A stretch of 64,000 nt of DNA, taken from a virus. The position numbers and the translations under genes are program-made. Shown piece by piece: positions 60,829 to 64,000 of the stretch (position 1 is its first letter; each line of letters begins with the position of its first letter). The notes beneath the pieces are model-generated. The model was not told the origin of the DNA, did not search any database, and saw nothing but the letters and a program-made list of their open reading frames with translations. The stretch lies in the IMG/VR virus record IMGVR_UViG_3300014656_000015. The stretch is one strand, 5' to 3'.

Positions 60829-62066
60829 CTTGCTCCCTCCTCATCGCTGCACCTCGACGATCTTGATACCACACAGCCCCGTCCGGCTCGAACGATGAAC
60901 CCCTTCTGCAAGGGTCTCCTCACCGCGTTCCGAACGTAGCGAGACAGGTCTCCCTTCTTCCTCTTGGTAGCCTTGATCCTCTCCTCACCGAAGATGGAGA
61001 TGGCCAGGTCCTCGAGGTTGACCGGATGGTCATGGTAGACCCTATGCAGGATTGCCACGAGCATGGACTCGAACTGCGTCAAGCCACGTGGTGTGAGACC
61101 AGGCTTCCCAACCAGATCCCTGGCCTGCTTCAACAAGTCCAGTGACTTCTCACTTCCCATCACTTCCTCCTCCTTCTCTTCCTTGCCTCGAGACTTCGGT
61201 AAATAAGCCTCTAGCGTGTCACAGCGACTCCCATCGACCCGAGCCACGATTCCCCAATGGGTTGGTAGTGGGAGTCGTGGAGTGCTATAGCCCTCCCGTA
61301 CCCCCAACACGAAGGCACGACGCCTGTGTTGTGGAACCCCATACCCAGCCGCATCCAGGACGTCGGCACAAACATTGAAGCCTTGCCGGTTGGCCTCTGT
61401 GAAGAATGCCTCCCGGAGCTCCCGGAACGCGTCCTGGGTCAGGAGCGGCGGCACGTTCTCCATGGCAAAGCCGCTCGGCTCCAGCTCACCAATCACTCGC
61501 AGGAACTCGAGGATGAGGTTGTTGCGTGGGTCCGTGGGGCTTTGCTTGCCTGCCTTGGAGAAGCCCTGGCACGGCGGTCCTCCGAAGACTATCGAGACCT
61601 CACCCTTGCGCATCCCGAGAGCATCGAGGAGCAGGGACCCGGTGACCTTCCTGATGTCACCGATCACCATTACTCTGCACCCACCACTCCTCACCATGGA
61701 ATTCGCACCGAATATGGCTGGGTCGTCCAAGGCAGGCCACTTCTCCCCCCCATTACTCCTCCTGGCCTCTTTCCTGACCTCCTTCTCGAACCGGGCCCGG
61801 TCCGCCTCCTCCACGAAGAGCCAGCGCCCACCCGGAGCCCCCAGGTTCAGGACGTAGGTGGCGGCTGCCGTCACGTCCCGCTCGACCGCTGCAATCACGT
61901 CGATCCCACCCTGGTGCATGCCCAGGGAGAAGCCGCCGCAGCCAGCGAAGAGGTCGATGCCGGTCATCGGGAGCTCCGGGGCCGCCGGGAGCAGGATGCC
62001 ACCCGGGCTCAGCTCGTAACCAGGCGGGGCAAAGCTGTAGTTCTGCACAGCCACATAGGGTGTCAT
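60825..62066 (-). CDS. C5 cytosine DNA methyltransferase (motifs I-VIII only) fused to an unrelated C-terminal region
   Basis: DLFAGCGG, GDIR, GGPPCQGFS, DPRNNL, MENV, YGVPQHRRR; motifs IX/X not seen. Confidence 0.85.
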   Translation of the reverse strand: MTPYVAVQNYSFAPPGYELSPGGILLPAAPELPMTGIDLFAGCGGFSLGMHQGGIDVIAAVERDVTAAATYVLNLGAPGGRWLFVEEADRARFEKEVRKEARRSNGGEKWPALDDPAIFGANSMVRSGGCRVMVIGDIRKVTGSLLLDALGMRKGEVSIVFGGPPCQGFSKAGKQSPTDPRNNLILEFLRVIGELEPSGFAMENVPPLLTQDAFRELREAFFTEANRQGFNVCADVLDAAGYGVPQHRRRAFVLGVREGYSTPRLPLPTHWGIVARVDGSRCDTLEAYLPKSRGKEEKEEEVMGSEKSLDLLKQARDLVGKPGLTPRGLTQFESMLVAILHRVYHDHPVNLEDLAISIFGEERIKATKRKKGDLSRYVRNAVRRPLQKGFIVRAGRGCVVSRSSRCSDEEGAR

Positions 62067-62394
62067 GCGACCTCCCTCAGATAATTCGAGAGGTCCTGCC
62101 GTTGCTCGAAGTTGAGATGGTAGTGCATGACCTCTGCCAGCACCGCGTAGGCCACGGATGGTGGCAACTCCTGTAGTCCATTGAATGTATCGGAGCGGTT
62201 CCCATTGACGAAGGTGGTGGCCAGCTCCTCAGCCCTACACGCTATCCATGTAGCCCGGGCCCGACACCCAATGGGCACCTGATTCTCATCATCCATCACT
62301 TTCTCCTTTCCATCGCATCGAAGACGCTCAGGCCCTTATACCAGGATCGAGATCGGTGTCGCGCACCGGCCCCGGCTCGTGCTACGATACTGCG

Positions 62395-62922
62395 ATGACC
62401 TTCCTCGAGTACTTCAGCGAGTCGGTACGGCACATCTACCTGGTGGAGCGTTCCGAGTCCAGGTTGATGCGGCTGTGTAACCTCGGTCTCCGCATCACGA
62501 ACCGGCTCGGGTGGTCCAGCATCAAGAACTTCATGACGGCGTACTGCACCACCATCGCCCGTACCATCTATGCCCACCCACGCTGGCCCCGGGACATGCA
62601 GCCGCGTCCCCTGATGGTTCACGAGCTGACCCACGTGTTGCAGTGGAGCCTGCTCTACGCCCTGCGCTATCTCCTCAGCAAGAGGTGGCGGCTGCGCTAT
62701 GAGAGCGAGGCGATCCAGACCGAGATGCTCTGCTTCGATTATTGTCGCACCACGGACTACATCAGGGCTCGGGCCGAGGACCTCGTCGACTACGGGCTTG
62801 GTAAGGAAGAGGCATCTAGTCATCTGGTCCTGCTCCTGCTCCACGCACAGAAGCGTGATGAGCTGGAGCCCAACGCCAGGAAAGTATGGGAGGCATATCG
62901 TGCCTGGAATCGCACGGGGTAA
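62395..62922 (+). CDS. HExxH zincin-like protein, leaderless
   Basis: LMVHELTHVLQW...YESEA; TGcTACGAT 6 nt before the ATG. Confidence 0.7.
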   Translation: MTFLEYFSESVRHIYLVERSESRLMRLCNLGLRITNRLGWSSIKNFMTAYCTTIARTIYAHPRWPRDMQPRPLMVHELTHVLQWSLLYALRYLLSKRWRLRYESEAIQTEMLCFDYCRTTDYIRARAEDLVDYGLGKEEASSHLVLLLLHAQKRDELEPNARKVWEAYRAWNRTG

Positions 62923-63122
62923 GACCAGGGTCCGGATCGTCCTGCAGAAGGAGACCAGGACTTTCCTGGATCGTGAGCTGCAGCGGATCTGGTACAAGCA
63001 CGGATTGCGCATCGGGCTGAGCGAGCTGATGGAGCTGCTCGTGGAGCAGCACCGGTGCAACGTGGACCGGGCCCTCACCCAGGAAGATGAGGCCATCATC
63101 CTCCTGTTCAAGGAGCGGGAGC

Positions 63123-63593
63123 ATGTCCGGAAACGTTCTCTTCTGGGGCGATCCGCCACCGGAGAACGCCAGCTTCCAGGAGCTGGTCGAGTACCTCAGG
63201 CCGAAGTCCCGGGACGAAGTGCTCCGGTGGAAACCGCGGCCCAGGACTTCCCAGCCGACGACCTCGAACAAGAGCTCGGATCCCCTGCTGGACTCCCTTG
63301 GGCTGACGCGGGATGACTTCCTTCGCCTTGCCGAGGATGAGCCCGATCTGTGGGAAGCGAACGAGCTCGGGCTGATTCAGGACCGTGCCGTGCCGCCTCG
63401 GCTCCTCCCCGACCTCGTACAGCGCTGGGTCGAAGGCAGAGCATTGAAGAGGAGGACCCGAACCACGCCGAGCCCTGCGGCCCCAAGCACGGGGGTCACC
63501 ATCCCAGCATGGTTTGGGACACCCACAGTCCAACCCGAGCCGCCACGTACCGGACCGGATCCCGACGATAACTGGTGGGAGAAACGAAGCTAG
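63123..63593 (+). CDS. hypothetical protein
   Basis: AAGGAGCGGGAG RBS before MSGNVLFW. Confidence 0.55.
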   Translation: MSGNVLFWGDPPPENASFQELVEYLRPKSRDEVLRWKPRPRTSQPTTSNKSSDPLLDSLGLTRDDFLRLAEDEPDLWEANELGLIQDRAVPPRLLPDLVQRWVEGRALKRRTRTTPSPAAPSTGVTIPAWFGTPTVQPEPPRTGPDPDDNWWEKRS

Positions 63594-64000
63594 TAGGTGG
63601 AGGGACCCACCCCGATGCCCTGACCGTAGACGTGGGGCTGGGTGCCCTGATCCAGCAGCTTGGATGCCCCGTACATGCCCAGACCCAACCCGAGCGGAAC
63701 CGTAGCTATTGCCCCACCCAGGCCCATACGGAGCCAGGGAACGCCCTTCGAGGTGGCTTGCGTAGCGGCAGTACCCGCTGTGGGATCGATGATTGGACCC
63801 GTGAAGGAAGCAGGAGCCGTACCCTTCCCCAGAGCTTCCCGTAGAACGGGTAGGGGAGCCTCTGCACCAGCAGCGGGACCGGGGAGCGGAAGATTGCCCA
63901 TATCCCGGTGTGCCTGATTGAGATTGAAGCTGCCGGGTTGCCGCAGCGCCTGTTCACCACCTGCAACACGGAAGGCTGCGGGGGGTGCCGTGGGCGGGTT

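Overview
The window looks like part of a large, GC-rich (about 65% by eye) dsDNA phage genome, probably a jumbo phage. Most of it is densely packed minus-strand genes with GGAGG/GGAAAGGAG ribosome binding sites and no host housekeeping synteny. Recognisable genes: DEDDh exonuclease, HD-fold protein, vWA protein, NADAR, HU, DGQHR/ParB-like protein, RNase HII, DinG helicase, a partial C5 DNA methyltransferase, GroES, a tape-measure-like protein, a tail-assembly chaperone with a -1 frameshift site, and a complete tmRNA. The most striking element is a separate plus-strand unit at 10140-11660. It holds a lone RAMP/Cas7-like gene followed by a ~520 nt non-coding array with strong 5-nt periodicity (C at every fifth base), divided into ~12-13 units by a YGAC motif and closed by a terminator. 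It is not a CRISPR array and may be a non-CRISPR RNA-guided system. The window also shows a recurring promoter motif (G-N-N-ATAAG, usually GGTATAAG/GTTATAAG), a hairpin+CTTAG end-of-unit signal, candidate small RNAs, a candidate replication origin and several enzymes with altered catalytic motifs. All family calls come from recognising motifs by eye; no database searches were run.
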